Below are positions 1 to 12,252 of a stretch of 64,000 bases of DNA, one piece after another; positions within the stretch are counted from its first letter, which is position 1, and each line of letters starts with the position of its first letter. The stretch is taken from the sequence record MK327931.1; one strand, written 5' to 3'. This DNA comes from Escherichia phage vB_EcoM_G17. Under the pieces are notes generated by a model. It was given only the letters and a program-made list of their open reading frames with translations. It ran no database searches and was not told the origin of the DNA. The translations under genes and the position numbers were made by a program.

Positions 1-26
1 TACAGAAGAAGCTTTTTATTAAAAGA

Positions 27-3000
27 TTGCCTGAGTGGATGCAAGGCTTAGAAGATATTCAAAAAGTCAGTGATGATGTTATTCAACAATGGTTTAATCC
101 GGCTGAAAACGAATTAGTTGACGGCTATATTGGTGATATGGGTTCTCCTGCCGCTGCTGGTAATATCTTCTTACATGAAAGTACTGTAGCACGTCAACTT
201 TATCAGTTGTCCACTGCTTACGTCTCAAAAAATGATGATTCGACAATTCGTTCAATTCAATTTTATGATGATCTAGTTGGATACATGAATCATTATGGAG
301 CACTAACCGATAATGAAAGCCGTTTGTTCAACGGTAAGTTTTATGCATGGACTCCAGCTATTAACCCAAATAAAATGAACAATTTTAGCTCATATCTTTG
401 GGATACTAAAAACTCTTATAATATTACTTCACCTGATTACATTGTAATGGAACGTGGAGCACTTAATGGTAATACATGGTCACTACAAAACTTTTGGTAT
501 ACTTTAGGTGAAACATTAGAAGATGGCTCAATATTAACTGAAGAATTAATGCAAGATTCACGTTTTATTCGTGCACGTGCACCAATTATTGAATATAATA
601 AAAATATTGAGCTAATTAACTACGGTACAAAATTCCGTGGAACTGTTGATCTGTTCTCTGATATTATTAAACCTGAAGATATCGTTCAAAAAGATATTAA
701 TAGTGGTATACGTATTGATGGTATTATTCCGCAAGATGGAATGCGTATTCTATTCACCAGTATTGGTAACAATGGTGAAAACAATAGAATTTATAATGTA
801 TATGTGAAAAAAATGCAAGATGGTACTCGTGTTTATGGTTTAGCACTAGATCCAGAAGAAGAAACCGAATCACGCCCAAGTGGTGAACCTCAAGATGGTG
901 ATGTTGTTCTAATCACTAAAGGTAATGAGTATGGTAATAGTTCTATGTACTGGAATGGATCTTTGTGGGTTCGTGCACAATCAAAAACTAGTGTTAACGT
1001 ATTCCCTAAATTCCAACTTTATGATCGTAATGGTATCAAACTTGACAACAGTACTACATATCCATCAAGTAACTTTAAAGGTTCAGAGTTGTTTGGTTTT
1101 AAAATAAATTACAACTATGCAACTGATAGTGTATATGGATATAACATTGAACTTGGTGATTATAATTATTACATTTATGAAAACTTTTTACAATCCCAAC
1201 GTTATACCTATGACCATCTTGGAAAAGAAGTTGAAATTGATGGTTTATACTATTATAACATTATTGATGAAAATAATGAAATGAATCTTCAAACCGATTG
1301 GGTTCGTTCAGAAGAGTACTCTAAACAATTTGTAAAACAAACTCCACAAGTCCAACGTACTGATATGTATCGTGTATTCAGTACTGTTTATGATATGGAA
1401 GTTTTTAAAGAACCAGTTGATGGTATGTATGCATATGTTATTGAAGTTGATAGAACATATCAGTACTATAAAGCTGACCGTGAAACTTATCTAGATTGGC
1501 ATCCAATTACTGGTGATGGTGTTCAGATTGTAAAATATGACCATACATTCGAATTGGCACAAAAAGTTTTAGATAATGATTCTGATATTATTGAAGTTGT
1601 GGTTGATGGTGTTGATGTGTCCAAATATACCAAAAATGTTTCAAAAGGTCAAGTACAAAGCATCACTCTAGATAGTACTGTAGAATTGGATGAAGATTCT
1701 GTTATTCAAATTAGAACTTATAGCAGTACTGTAACTCCTAATAAAGAATTAGGTGCATATGAAGTTCCAATCAACCTACAAAATAACCCATATAATTCTA
1801 ATATTATATACATTAACCAAGGTGACTACACTTTACATTTTCAGGATATTATTCAAAAGAACATTACACGTGGTTCTTCTGATGATTTCAATGACTATGA
1901 AGAACGTTTGGCTAAAGGATTGGTTAATAATGGCGTAGGTACTAAAATTATCCAAAATGAAGCATCTATGCTTCCATTGATGGCACATACTGCAAATGAA
2001 GATATTGATTTGTTTGAAGCAACTATGTTTATGCAATCTGAATATTTTAGATTCATTAATAAATTTAATACACAAATGCTTCGTATGTATGATGAAAATC
2101 CATCAGACTTTTTACAAAATAGTGCTGCAAACATTGTTGATGCAATTTTAACTACTATTAATATGGGACGTGATAGTTCATTCCCATTCTATTATGATAA
2201 TGTTGGAAGTACTTCTGGATTCATTCGTGCATTTATACCACCAACACCACAGTTCTTAGGTATTCTTCAAGCATATGTACCAGAAAAAGCGACATTCCTC
2301 ACTGCTGGTAGTAAACCAAGCTGTTATAACATCAGTCATACTGGTATTATTTCCAAAGCATACCGTGTTATCAATGGTGTTGATAAAATGGATGATGTTG
2401 TATATGAATTAGAAAATAGAATTTTTAATAGTATTGATAATAAATTCAAAGATGTTGATTACGTACCAGTATTGAATAGTGATGACCTTTTCCCTACACC
2501 ATATTTCACTAAAACTGAATATAGTGCTGAAGAGAAACAAACATTATTACTACGTGGATACATTAACTTCACCGCAACTAATGGTATCAGTAATAGTACA
2601 CATGATTATGATCCTAACAATTGGAGAACTTGGAACTATACTGGCACTTATTATGTAGTTAATGGTCAAAGTACTGAAATTCCTGCACGTGGTTCATGGC
2701 GTGCCATTTACACTGACCAATATGGTACATATCGCCCAGCTACCCATCCGTGGGAAATGTTTGGCTTTACACAACGTCCAACTTGGTGGAACCAAGAATA
2801 CGAACCAACGGCTGTTCAAGTTGGTGAACGTGATAGTGATGTTGTATATGTATATGAAGCACTTGTTATGAATGAGCAAGGTGATTTAGTTCCTAGTGGT
2901 CTTTGGGATATTGACGGAACTATTGGAGATAGCAGTACTGGAACTATTTTATTTGGTGATCGTCGTGGTCAATATGACAAATATAAAAGATTTGGTGTAC

Positions 3001-6000
3001 AGCCATTCAAAATTACAAAAACTGGAAATAAAACATCTTCTGGTATTGATATTTGTGTGGTTGAATATATTGCACCTGAAATTTTAGGTTTAGTGTCTGG
3101 ATCTTTAAATCATAGAGCAGAACCTTGGACATATGGTGATATGGGTGACATGGAATTTACATACATGAACACTACATTGTTTGCATATGACCAAATGATG
3201 CTTTTGTATAAAGCTAAACCAGCACAATTTGCTAACTATTTCTGGGATACCCGCAACGATAACTTAAAAGAAGTATTCACTGATGGTTCACAATTCCTTT
3301 ATGGTGATACACGTAAGCGTATTAATTTTGATAAAAATACAGTAGTTCATGGTGAAAATAGCACAAGAACAATTGGTTATCAAATGTTTGTAAGTGACCA
3401 TTTGATGTATCAAAATAAAAATATTACCACCAAGTATGGGGATGTAGTTCGTTCTTCTTATATAAATGTTGGTCATAAAATTGGAGGATTTACTAAAGCA
3501 GATCAGCTAACATTCAATGCTAAATCTTTCGGTCTTATTTCACAAGAAAACCAAACCATTGGTCTTGTTCGTTCTAATAATATCCGTGATGAGCAAATGA
3601 GTGCGATCAAAATTACTTGGAATGGTAGTGCATATCAGATTGATGGATATGATCTAGTTGGTGCTAAATTTAAATATAAACTTCCAGTAAAAAATGGTAG
3701 AAAAGTAACTCTTAAATTGGAAAACCGTAATGTTGTTCATTATAATGAATGGAAGTCTGAAGCTTCAATTGAATATGGTAAAGTTTTCAATAGTTACCAA
3801 GAAGTTTATACTTTTATTTGTGGATATGGTGAATATCTTAAAGAACATGGTTGGATTTTTGAAGATGTAAATGATAGTGGTGCTCAACAAGATTGGAACA
3901 CTATTGCTAAAGATTTCGTGATCTGGAGTCAGAATTCTCTAGTAACTGGTGAATTTATTTCTTGTACCCCAAGTGCTGCAAACGCTAAATTTGGGGCAGA
4001 CTTTGGTTCAGTACAATCTATTACGCAAAATAATGGTGGTGTATGGTCATTACTTGATGATAATAACCAAGGTATTCGCCAATATGAAATTGAAACTTCT
4101 CGTATTGGAAATATCTTCACTGTTAGAACTTTAGAATCTAATAAACGCATTGCATTGATTCGTTTAAGTTTGTGTTCATATGAACATGCTGTTATTTTTG
4201 ATGATAAAACTATTTTTGGTGATTACATTTATCAGCCAACATATGGTTCTATTCAAGAACTAATTAAAATGTATGGATATATTACTGGTTCATGGACTGG
4301 TCGCCTACAAGCTCCTGGATTTATTATCTTGGAAGCTGGAACACTACCATCATTTGAAAAATTAGTGTCGGATTTCCAACATTATTATGATAGTGAAACT
4401 CCAGTAAGTGATGTACAATTACAAGAGTTGTCAAACCATTTGATTGGTTATCAATCTCGTGATTATCTACAGCGTATGATTAGTAGTGATGTTAGTCGTG
4501 TTGATTTCTATAAAGGATTCATTCACGATAAAGGTACTAACCAAGTTTTAGAACGTGTACTTCGTGTTTCTAAATCATATGACACTGATGAATATAAAGC
4601 ATTACAAGAATGGGCATTTAAAATTGGTACATATGGTAATATTGATGGTAAGAAAAACCTTCAATTTAAACTAATCAATGACCAATTTAAACAACAACCT
4701 CAAATGGTTTCTTTTGATGTAAATGCAACTTCAAATGGTAATGGTAATCATATTGTATACTTCGGTGAGCAAGGTAAAGATCCTCGTTGGATTACACGTC
4801 CAAATGGTAAGTTCTCATTCCCAATGCGTAGTGGAAGAAGTGAAAACATCCAACTTCCAGATATTGGTCCAGTAACATTGGATGAAGTATCGTACACAAC
4901 AAAAGATTTCAGTACTGCATATAATGACCGCATAACTTATACTAATGGTAAAGGTGAAAATCCTGAATCTGTGTGGATGTTTAAAGACGGTAATGGTTTG
5001 TGGAACATTTTTGAATTGGTTGATACTAATGTACAAATGGTTTCTATAACACCTATTGAAAATACCGATGTGTATGCTGAACAATTTTGTAAAGTAACTT
5101 TAACTGATAATGTACCACTTGAAGATGGTGATTATTATTATTTTGTTGATGAAACTAACTTTATGCCAGATACTTTAACAGTAGAAAGTCAATATTATAC
5201 TGCTGGTTCTGATCCTAAAGTTATGGTAGTTCCATTTGACACTTCTATTGATATTGAATTTACTGATCCAGATACACGTCCACGTTTGTATCGTTATGTA
5301 TCACGTTTTGCCAGTACTGATGATCGTCAAGCTTACATTGACAAGAAATATAGTTTTAAAGCACCACAAAGTACTTTATTTGATCGTCCAACGACATATG
5401 ATGAACGTACTAACATTACTGAGCTATATCTAAACGTTTATGACCCAATTAATGGTGTTATTCCAGGTGCGGCTATGCAAAACGTAACATATACTTCACC
5501 AGTTGATCCTGCACAGTATAATAGTAATGGAGAGTTAATCCAGGCTTGGGGTGCTGATAAAGTTGGTCAAGTATGGTGGAACACTAGCACTGCATTTTAT
5601 TTGGATTATACTCGTGCAATTTATGACGCAGACGGTAATGTTGATATTGATGCAACCAATGAATACAAACGTTACAACTGGGGCCGTTTGTTACCACATA
5701 GTACCATTGATGTGTTAGAGTGGGTTTGTTCACCAGTTGAGCCATATAACTGGGACAAATACTGTAAAGATGTTGCTAAGAAAAACAAAAATAATACTAT
5801 GTATCTACCAAGTGGAACTGCACTTGAAGATAATTATAGTACATTTTTGGAATATGATAGTTCAACTGATAGTTATGTAACAAAATACTATTTCTGGGTA
5901 CGTGATACAATTTATGTACCACCACTACATACCAGAACGAAATCATGTACTGACATTGCTCGTATTATTAAAGATCCAACACAGCTAAACATTCCTTGGT

Positions 6001-9000
6001 TCGCTCCAATAAATGAAAACTCGTTTATTCTTAGTAATATGCAATTTAAAGTGAATGATGATACCAGTATTTTAACTGTTTCTTATTACATGGATAGTAC
6101 TGAAGTTGTTAAACATGACCAGTATCAACTATGTAAAGAAGGTGACAGCTATAACTTTAACCCACTAATTTGGGATTCAATGTGGAACTCACTAATTGGT
6201 CAAGAAACAACTGAATCAGGTTCTGTGATTAATTTATTATATCCAGATGTTGATAACGGTTTAGGATCAAACAAAACTTGGTTCCAAAATGTTATAGAAG
6301 CTCGTAGAAACTTTGTAGAAAGTGCTAATAATTATTATAGGTCACAAAACATAACCACTAATAGTGTTGTTATGGAAGATGTGTTTAATGTTAAAACCAC
6401 TGAAGTTAACCCTAATGAAGTTTCTTTCCGTGTGTTGTCTTACAATAATGAATTAGTTATTGCAGTTGAAAGTGATAAATTTAAAGAAAATGACGCTGTT
6501 ATTTTAAGTACTAGTGGATATCTACCAAATCCATTAACTTCTAGTGCTGTTTATTTTATTCACTTCGACGAAAATGGATATATTCAGTTAATGAATAGTC
6601 CAGCAAACGCGGGTAGTGTTGTTACTATAACGTTAGAAAACAAAGGTGAGGGACAACATAAAATGATTAAACAATCTGATTATGTTGAATCACTAGGAAC
6701 CTCATTAGACATGACTCAGTACTGGTCATATGCTGATTGGTATGATGTTGGATATGATAGTAACACGACTTATACTCAAGAGTCAAGCTTAGAAGATGCT
6801 AATACTAAAAACTACCAAGTTGGCGATATTATCAGAGTTACCGATAGTGAAAACATTTGGACATTGTATATTAAATCACAATCACGCGATTCAATTTATT
6901 GGAAAGCGATTGGTCGTGAAAACAGTACAGTTGAACTCAATGATATGCTTTACGCAGATTATAGTGTTCATAATGATAATGGTTCACTAAGCAATCGTGA
7001 AATCAACGTTCGTAAAGCACTAGCTTTACTCAAAAATTCTTTCGATTTACATCAAAGCGAAATTGTTTTTGATATGGTCAAATATGTACATGTTGAACAA
7101 AGTGTTGTGGATTGGGTATTTAAAACATCATATATCTATATTGTTGGTTTGGAACAATCATTAGTTCAAAACTATTCAAACGATAATTTGATTAATCAAA
7201 TTGTTGAATATTTTGAAGAAGTTAAACCTTATAGAACTAAAATTCGTTCACAAATAGAGCAAAAGACATCTGATGATGATTTAATAAAAGGTCTATGTAA
7301 TGATTTAGATCCTAATGGATATATTTTCGTTGATGGTTCTTGGATCAAAACTGAAAAAGATATTTGGGATTATGAGTACGCTCAATTTAATGAAATTACC
7401 CAAAAATGGGAACAGGTAGGTTCACTACCAAGTGATTTCGTTACACCAAATAGAAGATTCCAAGAAATTGATATTATTATGCATTATGATAATATTCAGT
7501 GTAAACCAAATGAAGATTTGGCAAGCATAAATGAATTAGTAAGTGTTAATAACAAATATCAATCCAATGAAAAGGATGCTGTTAGTAACTATGAATTACA
7601 ACGTTATATATATTCTTTCCCAGAATATAGTGAAGAAACTTTCGATCTTCTTATTGCTTATCAAATGCAAATCTACTATCCAGAATTGGATGTAACACTA
7701 GGAACAGCATATGGCGTTAACCAGTGGTATAAAGACCATGCGGAAGATTTAGAAGCAACTGATGAATTCACTGCTACATTGGAACGTGTTTATAAAGAAT
7801 CAACGCATAACGATATGTTTACTGACCTTAGACAATATGTTCAGTATAACACATTGGCAAACCGTTTGAAACTTTATAAAGATATAAGTGATGAGAAAAT
7901 TCACGATGAAGTTGGATGTGGATTTAGTGGACTTACTTATAATGACAATCCTAGTACTAGACTTCCATTAGGCTTTTCTTCTAGTAATGATTATAACTAT
8001 GGATATTTTGAAATAAGCAGTGAATTGTATCAAAAATACATTTCATTAATTAAAGATAAAAATCCTGACGCATCAGACTATGAAGTAAAAGTTAAACTTG
8101 AAGTTGAGTATGGTGTATATGTTTATCGTTATGATGAAGTAGGTGGTGATACCCGTTTCTATACTGATGCTATTCACGTATTAGCAGGTATGAGAGGGTT
8201 ATTCGACAAAGACGCTACTGATAAGTACGAAAAAGCTGAAGAGATTCTTAGTAAGACCCCAATTGATATCTATGCAATTACAATGATTCCACGAAAATAT
8301 GTTTACTTAAATGTTAACGGTGTATATCAAAGTATACCTGATGAACAAAGTATTGATGATTTCATGGAAGATTATTTTATCACAAATGGTGAAATGGTTG
8401 AACTAGCTGAAATAAATCTTGATGATTTACCACTAGATCAAAATAATCCAATGTATTCTGATTATCAATATATACTTGATAGTATTACTGAAGCTAAGTA
8501 CTTCAATGATATGAATGCATTTGATAACCTAGCATTGGAATCTCAAACTTCTTCAATAAAATGGGAAGTTAAAGATGATGAAGTTGATCCTTATATTGTG
8601 GATATATCTGACATAAACCCTTCTGGGCGTGATGTAGGTCAAATTAGATTTACAGTTGATGGATATGGGTTTGACAATGTATCTCTTGTACAATTACGTG
8701 ATAACAGCAGATATCAAACTGAAGGTATGGCAATTATCAATCCATATAAACATACAGAAGCAATTGTAAGTATTCCTTCATATGCTAAGATTGAAAATGA
8801 TATTAATAAAACAACATCGAAGTTTGATGAAAAATATTTCTATCGTGTGAGATCTATTAATAGCTTAACTGAAGCAGAAATAGTTGACAATGACCTATCT
8901 GATGGTGATAAGGTGATGATTTTCACTCCTGATGGTGAAGATTTTGTGAGATATCAAAATCACACATGGGAAACAATCTTGCGTGTATCTAACATCAAAA

Positions 9001-9926
9001 ACAATACAACTCCGATCCTATTCACTGTAAGAAATACAGGTAAGGAAACGATTGAATTGATTGATGAGAGTACTGGTGCAGTTCTCCGTTATGATAACAT
9101 CACTCTTGCACAACAAAATGAGCCAGTACAGCCTCTAGCATTGAACATTGTTCGTGTTAGAACATTTGCTGACCCTGAATTTGTCAAGAATGGTATTAAA
9201 TTGTATGAACAAAATAGAAATTACACCATTGATGTAATTAATTATGATGTTTTCTACGATACTACTTTAAATGGTGGTAAGTACAATGACGGAATAACAC
9301 CAGATGACGTTGACGTTTGGATAATCTCTAATGAAATATTTGATGTTGATGGAATTACTATCGATAACGGTTATAACTTACCAATTACGGGTGCGGGAGT
9401 TCTTAGTGAATTGGCAAGAACTAAAATGACTGATAGTTTAGAAATCAACGTTATCGAATATGATTCAAGTGTTATTCAACCGTTTAGAAATAATGAAGGG
9501 ATATGGGTTTATGGATTCCCAATGGTTGACGGTATGTATATCGGTGTTGTTGGTGGTACTGTTACTAACATCACAACCATTAGTGAAGAAAATACAACCT
9601 ATGTTTCTCAACCTAAATCAATAAGTCCTTATAGTATTAGAAATAATGTTTTATCCGGTTCAGCCGCAAACATGAATGATATTATATCGATTGGATATGA
9701 AAAAGTTGAAGTTAGAAATGCAAATAATTTACTCCGTGGTGTAATGTATAGTGCAGAACATGATTTTAAACTTAATACTACATATTCTTTCAATGGAATT
9801 AATTTAGGTAATTATGATATGTTAAAACGTTACACACAAAATAGTTACACTATAGATCTTTCAGTATACACTGATAGTCTACAAGTTAGTGGTAATGATA
9901 TTAAAAATATATTATTAGTTAAGTAA
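27..9926 (+). CDS. Giant 3299-aa protein of unknown function (probable virion-associated protein); start uncertain
   Basis: Single uninterrupted 9.9-kb ORF; N/D/Y/T-rich, no motif recognised by eye. Track start is TTG; first ATG is at 39; frame is open to position 3, so the gene may begin upstream of the window. Ends at a hairpin terminator. Confidence 0.8.
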   Translation: MPEWMQGLEDIQKVSDDVIQQWFNPAENELVDGYIGDMGSPAAAGNIFLHESTVARQLYQLSTAYVSKNDDSTIRSIQFYDDLVGYMNHYGALTDNESRLFNGKFYAWTPAINPNKMNNFSSYLWDTKNSYNITSPDYIVMERGALNGNTWSLQNFWYTLGETLEDGSILTEELMQDSRFIRARAPIIEYNKNIELINYGTKFRGTVDLFSDIIKPEDIVQKDINSGIRIDGIIPQDGMRILFTSIGNNGENNRIYNVYVKKMQDGTRVYGLALDPEEETESRPSGEPQDGDVVLITKGNEYGNSSMYWNGSLWVRAQSKTSVNVFPKFQLYDRNGIKLDNSTTYPSSNFKGSELFGFKINYNYATDSVYGYNIELGDYNYYIYENFLQSQRYTYDHLGKEVEIDGLYYYNIIDENNEMNLQTDWVRSEEYSKQFVKQTPQVQRTDMYRVFSTVYDMEVFKEPVDGMYAYVIEVDRTYQYYKADRETYLDWHPITGDGVQIVKYDHTFELAQKVLDNDSDIIEVVVDGVDVSKYTKNVSKGQVQSITLDSTVELDEDSVIQIRTYSSTVTPNKELGAYEVPINLQNNPYNSNIIYINQGDYTLHFQDIIQKNITRGSSDDFNDYEERLAKGLVNNGVGTKIIQNEASMLPLMAHTANEDIDLFEATMFMQSEYFRFINKFNTQMLRMYDENPSDFLQNSAANIVDAILTTINMGRDSSFPFYYDNVGSTSGFIRAFIPPTPQFLGILQAYVPEKATFLTAGSKPSCYNISHTGIISKAYRVINGVDKMDDVVYELENRIFNSIDNKFKDVDYVPVLNSDDLFPTPYFTKTEYSAEEKQTLLLRGYINFTATNGISNSTHDYDPNNWRTWNYTGTYYVVNGQSTEIPARGSWRAIYTDQYGTYRPATHPWEMFGFTQRPTWWNQEYEPTAVQVGERDSDVVYVYEALVMNEQGDLVPSGLWDIDGTIGDSSTGTILFGDRRGQYDKYKRFGVQPFKITKTGNKTSSGIDICVVEYIAPEILGLVSGSLNHRAEPWTYGDMGDMEFTYMNTTLFAYDQMMLLYKAKPAQFANYFWDTRNDNLKEVFTDGSQFLYGDTRKRINFDKNTVVHGENSTRTIGYQMFVSDHLMYQNKNITTKYGDVVRSSYINVGHKIGGFTKADQLTFNAKSFGLISQENQTIGLVRSNNIRDEQMSAIKITWNGSAYQIDGYDLVGAKFKYKLPVKNGRKVTLKLENRNVVHYNEWKSEASIEYGKVFNSYQEVYTFICGYGEYLKEHGWIFEDVNDSGAQQDWNTIAKDFVIWSQNSLVTGEFISCTPSAANAKFGADFGSVQSITQNNGGVWSLLDDNNQGIRQYEIETSRIGNIFTVRTLESNKRIALIRLSLCSYEHAVIFDDKTIFGDYIYQPTYGSIQELIKMYGYITGSWTGRLQAPGFIILEAGTLPSFEKLVSDFQHYYDSETPVSDVQLQELSNHLIGYQSRDYLQRMISSDVSRVDFYKGFIHDKGTNQVLERVLRVSKSYDTDEYKALQEWAFKIGTYGNIDGKKNLQFKLINDQFKQQPQMVSFDVNATSNGNGNHIVYFGEQGKDPRWITRPNGKFSFPMRSGRSENIQLPDIGPVTLDEVSYTTKDFSTAYNDRITYTNGKGENPESVWMFKDGNGLWNIFELVDTNVQMVSITPIENTDVYAEQFCKVTLTDNVPLEDGDYYYFVDETNFMPDTLTVESQYYTAGSDPKVMVVPFDTSIDIEFTDPDTRPRLYRYVSRFASTDDRQAYIDKKYSFKAPQSTLFDRPTTYDERTNITELYLNVYDPINGVIPGAAMQNVTYTSPVDPAQYNSNGELIQAWGADKVGQVWWNTSTAFYLDYTRAIYDADGNVDIDATNEYKRYNWGRLLPHSTIDVLEWVCSPVEPYNWDKYCKDVAKKNKNNTMYLPSGTALEDNYSTFLEYDSSTDSYVTKYYFWVRDTIYVPPLHTRTKSCTDIARIIKDPTQLNIPWFAPINENSFILSNMQFKVNDDTSILTVSYYMDSTEVVKHDQYQLCKEGDSYNFNPLIWDSMWNSLIGQETTESGSVINLLYPDVDNGLGSNKTWFQNVIEARRNFVESANNYYRSQNITTNSVVMEDVFNVKTTEVNPNEVSFRVLSYNNELVIAVESDKFKENDAVILSTSGYLPNPLTSSAVYFIHFDENGYIQLMNSPANAGSVVTITLENKGEGQHKMIKQSDYVESLGTSLDMTQYWSYADWYDVGYDSNTTYTQESSLEDANTKNYQVGDIIRVTDSENIWTLYIKSQSRDSIYWKAIGRENSTVELNDMLYADYSVHNDNGSLSNREINVRKALALLKNSFDLHQSEIVFDMVKYVHVEQSVVDWVFKTSYIYIVGLEQSLVQNYSNDNLINQIVEYFEEVKPYRTKIRSQIEQKTSDDDLIKGLCNDLDPNGYIFVDGSWIKTEKDIWDYEYAQFNEITQKWEQVGSLPSDFVTPNRRFQEIDIIMHYDNIQCKPNEDLASINELVSVNNKYQSNEKDAVSNYELQRYIYSFPEYSEETFDLLIAYQMQIYYPELDVTLGTAYGVNQWYKDHAEDLEATDEFTATLERVYKESTHNDMFTDLRQYVQYNTLANRLKLYKDISDEKIHDEVGCGFSGLTYNDNPSTRLPLGFSSSNDYNYGYFEISSELYQKYISLIKDKNPDASDYEVKVKLEVEYGVYVYRYDEVGGDTRFYTDAIHVLAGMRGLFDKDATDKYEKAEEILSKTPIDIYAITMIPRKYVYLNVNGVYQSIPDEQSIDDFMEDYFITNGEMVELAEINLDDLPLDQNNPMYSDYQYILDSITEAKYFNDMNAFDNLALESQTSSIKWEVKDDEVDPYIVDISDINPSGRDVGQIRFTVDGYGFDNVSLVQLRDNSRYQTEGMAIINPYKHTEAIVSIPSYAKIENDINKTTSKFDEKYFYRVRSINSLTEAEIVDNDLSDGDKVMIFTPDGEDFVRYQNHTWETILRVSNIKNNTTPILFTVRNTGKETIELIDESTGAVLRYDNITLAQQNEPVQPLALNIVRVRTFADPEFVKNGIKLYEQNRNYTIDVINYDVFYDTTLNGGKYNDGITPDDVDVWIISNEIFDVDGITIDNGYNLPITGAGVLSELARTKMTDSLEINVIEYDSSVIQPFRNNEGIWVYGFPMVDGMYIGVVGGTVTNITTISEENTTYVSQPKSISPYSIRNNVLSGSAANMNDIISIGYEKVEVRNANNLLRGVMYSAEHDFKLNTTYSFNGINLGNYDMLKRYTQNSYTIDLSVYTDSLQVSGNDIKNILLVK

Positions 9927-9934
9927 TAAAAAAA

Positions 9935-9967
9935 GGAGAGCATTATGCTCTCCTTTTCTTTTTTTAT
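9935..9967. terminator. Bidirectional intrinsic terminator between convergent genes
   Basis: Perfect 8-bp stem GGAGAGCA/TGCTCTCC with 3-nt loop, A-run upstream and T-run downstream; sits between the stop of the giant ORF (+) and the stop of clpA (-). Confidence 0.65.
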
Positions 9968-12252
9968 ACTAGTGCTTTATCTACAGCTTTGGTACGTTTC
10001 GGCTTAATATCGATTTTACCATCAATAACATCAAATGTAATGTTACCACCATTCACAAGTGAACCACACAACATTTCTTTAGCTAGTGGTACACGAATGT
10101 TTTGTTCAATGGTACGTTTCATTGGACGTGCACCCATACCAACTTTTACCCCATTTTTCGCAAGCCATTCACGTGCAGCTTTTGTCAATGTAACTTTAAC
10201 ATTACGGTCTTTGACTTGTTCATTCAAACCACCCATGAACTTATCAATGATGCTGTCAATAGCTTCACTGCTTAGGTCTTTAAACGTAACGATACTATCA
10301 ATACGGTTAATAAACTCTGGTGGCAAGAATGCTTTAATTGCCTTGTCCTGTGCAGTGTCACTACCGCTCATACCAATGCTACGCTTTGTTGAATCAGCCG
10401 CACCAAGGTTTGTAGTCATAATAACAGTTACGTTATTAAAATATACAGTTTTACCTTGAGAACCAGTCAGACGACCTTCATCCAAAACCTGTAGGAAGGT
10501 TAGTAGTACTTTACGATCTGCTTTTTCAATTTCATCAAGTAACAGTACTGCATTAGGGAACTGCTCAATTTTATCCAACAGTAAACCGTTACCAGAATCA
10601 TGACCAACATAACCTGGAGGTGAACCAATTAGTTTAGAAACAGTATGTTCTTGAGAAAATTCTGACATATCAAAGCGAATGAGTTCCGCACCAGTTGCGT
10701 CTGCTAATGCTTTGGTAATTTCTGTTTTACCAGTACCAGATGGTCCAACAAACATAAATGCACCCTGAACACTAGATTTGTCACGCAGTCCTGCACGAGC
10801 TACCATCACGTTATCAACTAATTTTTGAATAGCTTCCTCTTGACCGTATACACGTGAGCGTAGTGCATCTGGTAGATTACGCATACGATCACTTTCAGTA
10901 CATGCAACCACGTTGATATCCAAATTGGCAATACCAGCAACAACTTCTTGAATCAAATTGGCAGTAATAAGCTTACTATTGTTGTCACGTGAACGAACTT
11001 TAGCCGCAGCAGCATCCATTAGATCAATTGCTTTATCTGGGAAGTGCTTATTCTTCAGGAATTTATCACTGAGAGAAATTACAGCATCCATTGCATCAGA
11101 TGTGAACTCAACATTATGGAATTTTTCATACGTTGGTTTCAAACCATTAACAATTGCACGAGTTTCATCAATTGTCGGCTCAACTACGTCAATTTTCATA
11201 AAACGACGAGTTAATGCACTATCTTTCTCGATATTTTTACGATATTCATCATATGTTGTTGCACCAATTACACGAATCTCACCACGTGAAAGTGCTGGCT
11301 TAAGCATATTGCTCATGTCCATAGAACCATTACTTGCGGAACCAGCCCCAACCATAATATGAATTTCATCAATGAAAACAATAGTATTTTCACGTTTCTT
11401 TAGTTCTTTTAGCAAATTGTCGATGCGTTCTTCAAATTCACCACGATACTTAGTACCAGCAGTCAATGCACCAACATTTAGTGAAAGAATTTCAACGTCT
11501 TTTAGGTGTTCAGGTACGTTACCATCAGCAATAGCTTGTGCAAGCCCGTCGATGATTTGTGTTTTACCTACACCAGCTTCACCAGTGAGAATAGCATTCT
11601 TTTTGGTTTTGCGAGCAAGAGTCTCAATCAATGCAGACAATTCTTTCTGGCGACCAATCATAGGATCTAGTTTGCCTTCTTTTGCAAGAGCAGTTAGATT
11701 CGTTGTATAGTCTTCCAAACCTTTTTGTTTAGATGATTGCTGCTGTTGGGCCACTTTTTTATCTCCAATCGGTTCGTCATTAATACTTTGTAAGTTGATA
11801 CCCTTATCAAGTGACTCAACGTGTTTCTGTAATGCACGTGCAGCTTCAGTACAGCTAACACCTTCTTCTTTTAACGCAGCTTCTAGTGCTGTGTTAGGGA
11901 AAGACAGACATTCGAATAGAACAAAATATGCATCAATCGAAAAATCATCACTTTTTAGTTGTTCAATAACTGATTTTTTAGAAAGCTCATGTACAACGCG
12001 ATTCACTAGAAGTGAAGTGCGATTCGCGTCTTCATCTTTAACACTTTTTGGTGCATGTGGAACTGTTGTATTTTTAAGATAGTTCATTAGGCGGTTGTGC
12101 AGTTTGTCTGCATCAATGTTCATATCTTCAAATACGTTCTTGATGCTATCAATAGTCAGTACTGTGGCACTTACGTGGTCAATAGTCAAGAATGTATGAC
12201 CTAGAGATGTTGCCAGTTCGTCGCTTTTTTTGAACAATTGAGTAAGATTCAT
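9964..12252 (-). CDS. clpA: ClpA-like ATP-dependent Clp protease ATP-binding subunit (two AAA+ domains)
   Basis: Walker A GEAGVGKT (D1) and GPSGTGKT (D2), Walker B FIDEIH and [16 protein letters not shown] sensor motif; co-linear with E. coli ClpA by eye (N-domain, TTNL..DP.IGR.KEL, no M-domain); IGM tripeptide at the ClpP-docking loop position. Trimmed to ATG at 12252 (AGGAGA SD); track start 12273 is GTG. Confidence 0.9.
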   Translation of the reverse strand: MNLTQLFKKSDELATSLGHTFLTIDHVSATVLTIDSIKNVFEDMNIDADKLHNRLMNYLKNTTVPHAPKSVKDEDANRTSLLVNRVVHELSKKSVIEQLKSDDFSIDAYFVLFECLSFPNTALEAALKEEGVSCTEAARALQKHVESLDKGINLQSINDEPIGDKKVAQQQQSSKQKGLEDYTTNLTALAKEGKLDPMIGRQKELSALIETLARKTKKNAILTGEAGVGKTQIIDGLAQAIADGNVPEHLKDVEILSLNVGALTAGTKYRGEFEERIDNLLKELKKRENTIVFIDEIHIMVGAGSASNGSMDMSNMLKPALSRGEIRVIGATTYDEYRKNIEKDSALTRRFMKIDVVEPTIDETRAIVNGLKPTYEKFHNVEFTSDAMDAVISLSDKFLKNKHFPDKAIDLMDAAAAKVRSRDNNSKLITANLIQEVVAGIANLDINVVACTESDRMRNLPDALRSRVYGQEEAIQKLVDNVMVARAGLRDKSSVQGAFMFVGPSGTGKTEITKALADATGAELIRFDMSEFSQEHTVSKLIGSPPGYVGHDSGNGLLLDKIEQFPNAVLLLDEIEKADRKVLLTFLQVLDEGRLTGSQGKTVYFNNVTVIMTTNLGAADSTKRSIGMSGSDTAQDKAIKAFLPPEFINRIDSIVTFKDLSSEAIDSIIDKFMGGLNEQVKDRNVKVTLTKAAREWLAKNGVKVGMGARPMKRTIEQNIRVPLAKEMLCGSLVNGGNITFDVIDGKIDIKPKRTKAVDKALV

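Noticed and set aside
925-9926. Short alternative-frame and antisense ORFs inside the giant gene (for example 925-1107, 1833-2134, 2662-2879, 4815-5084)
   Set aside because: All are nested in the continuous 9.9-kb frame and have hydrophobic, low-complexity translations typical of off-frame AT-rich DNA.
9989-12082. Four plus-strand ORFs (156, 134, 112 and 95 aa) antisense to clpA
   Set aside because: They lie entirely inside the strongly supported ClpA reading frame on the opposite strand and have low-complexity, Ser/Leu-rich translations; shadow ORFs.
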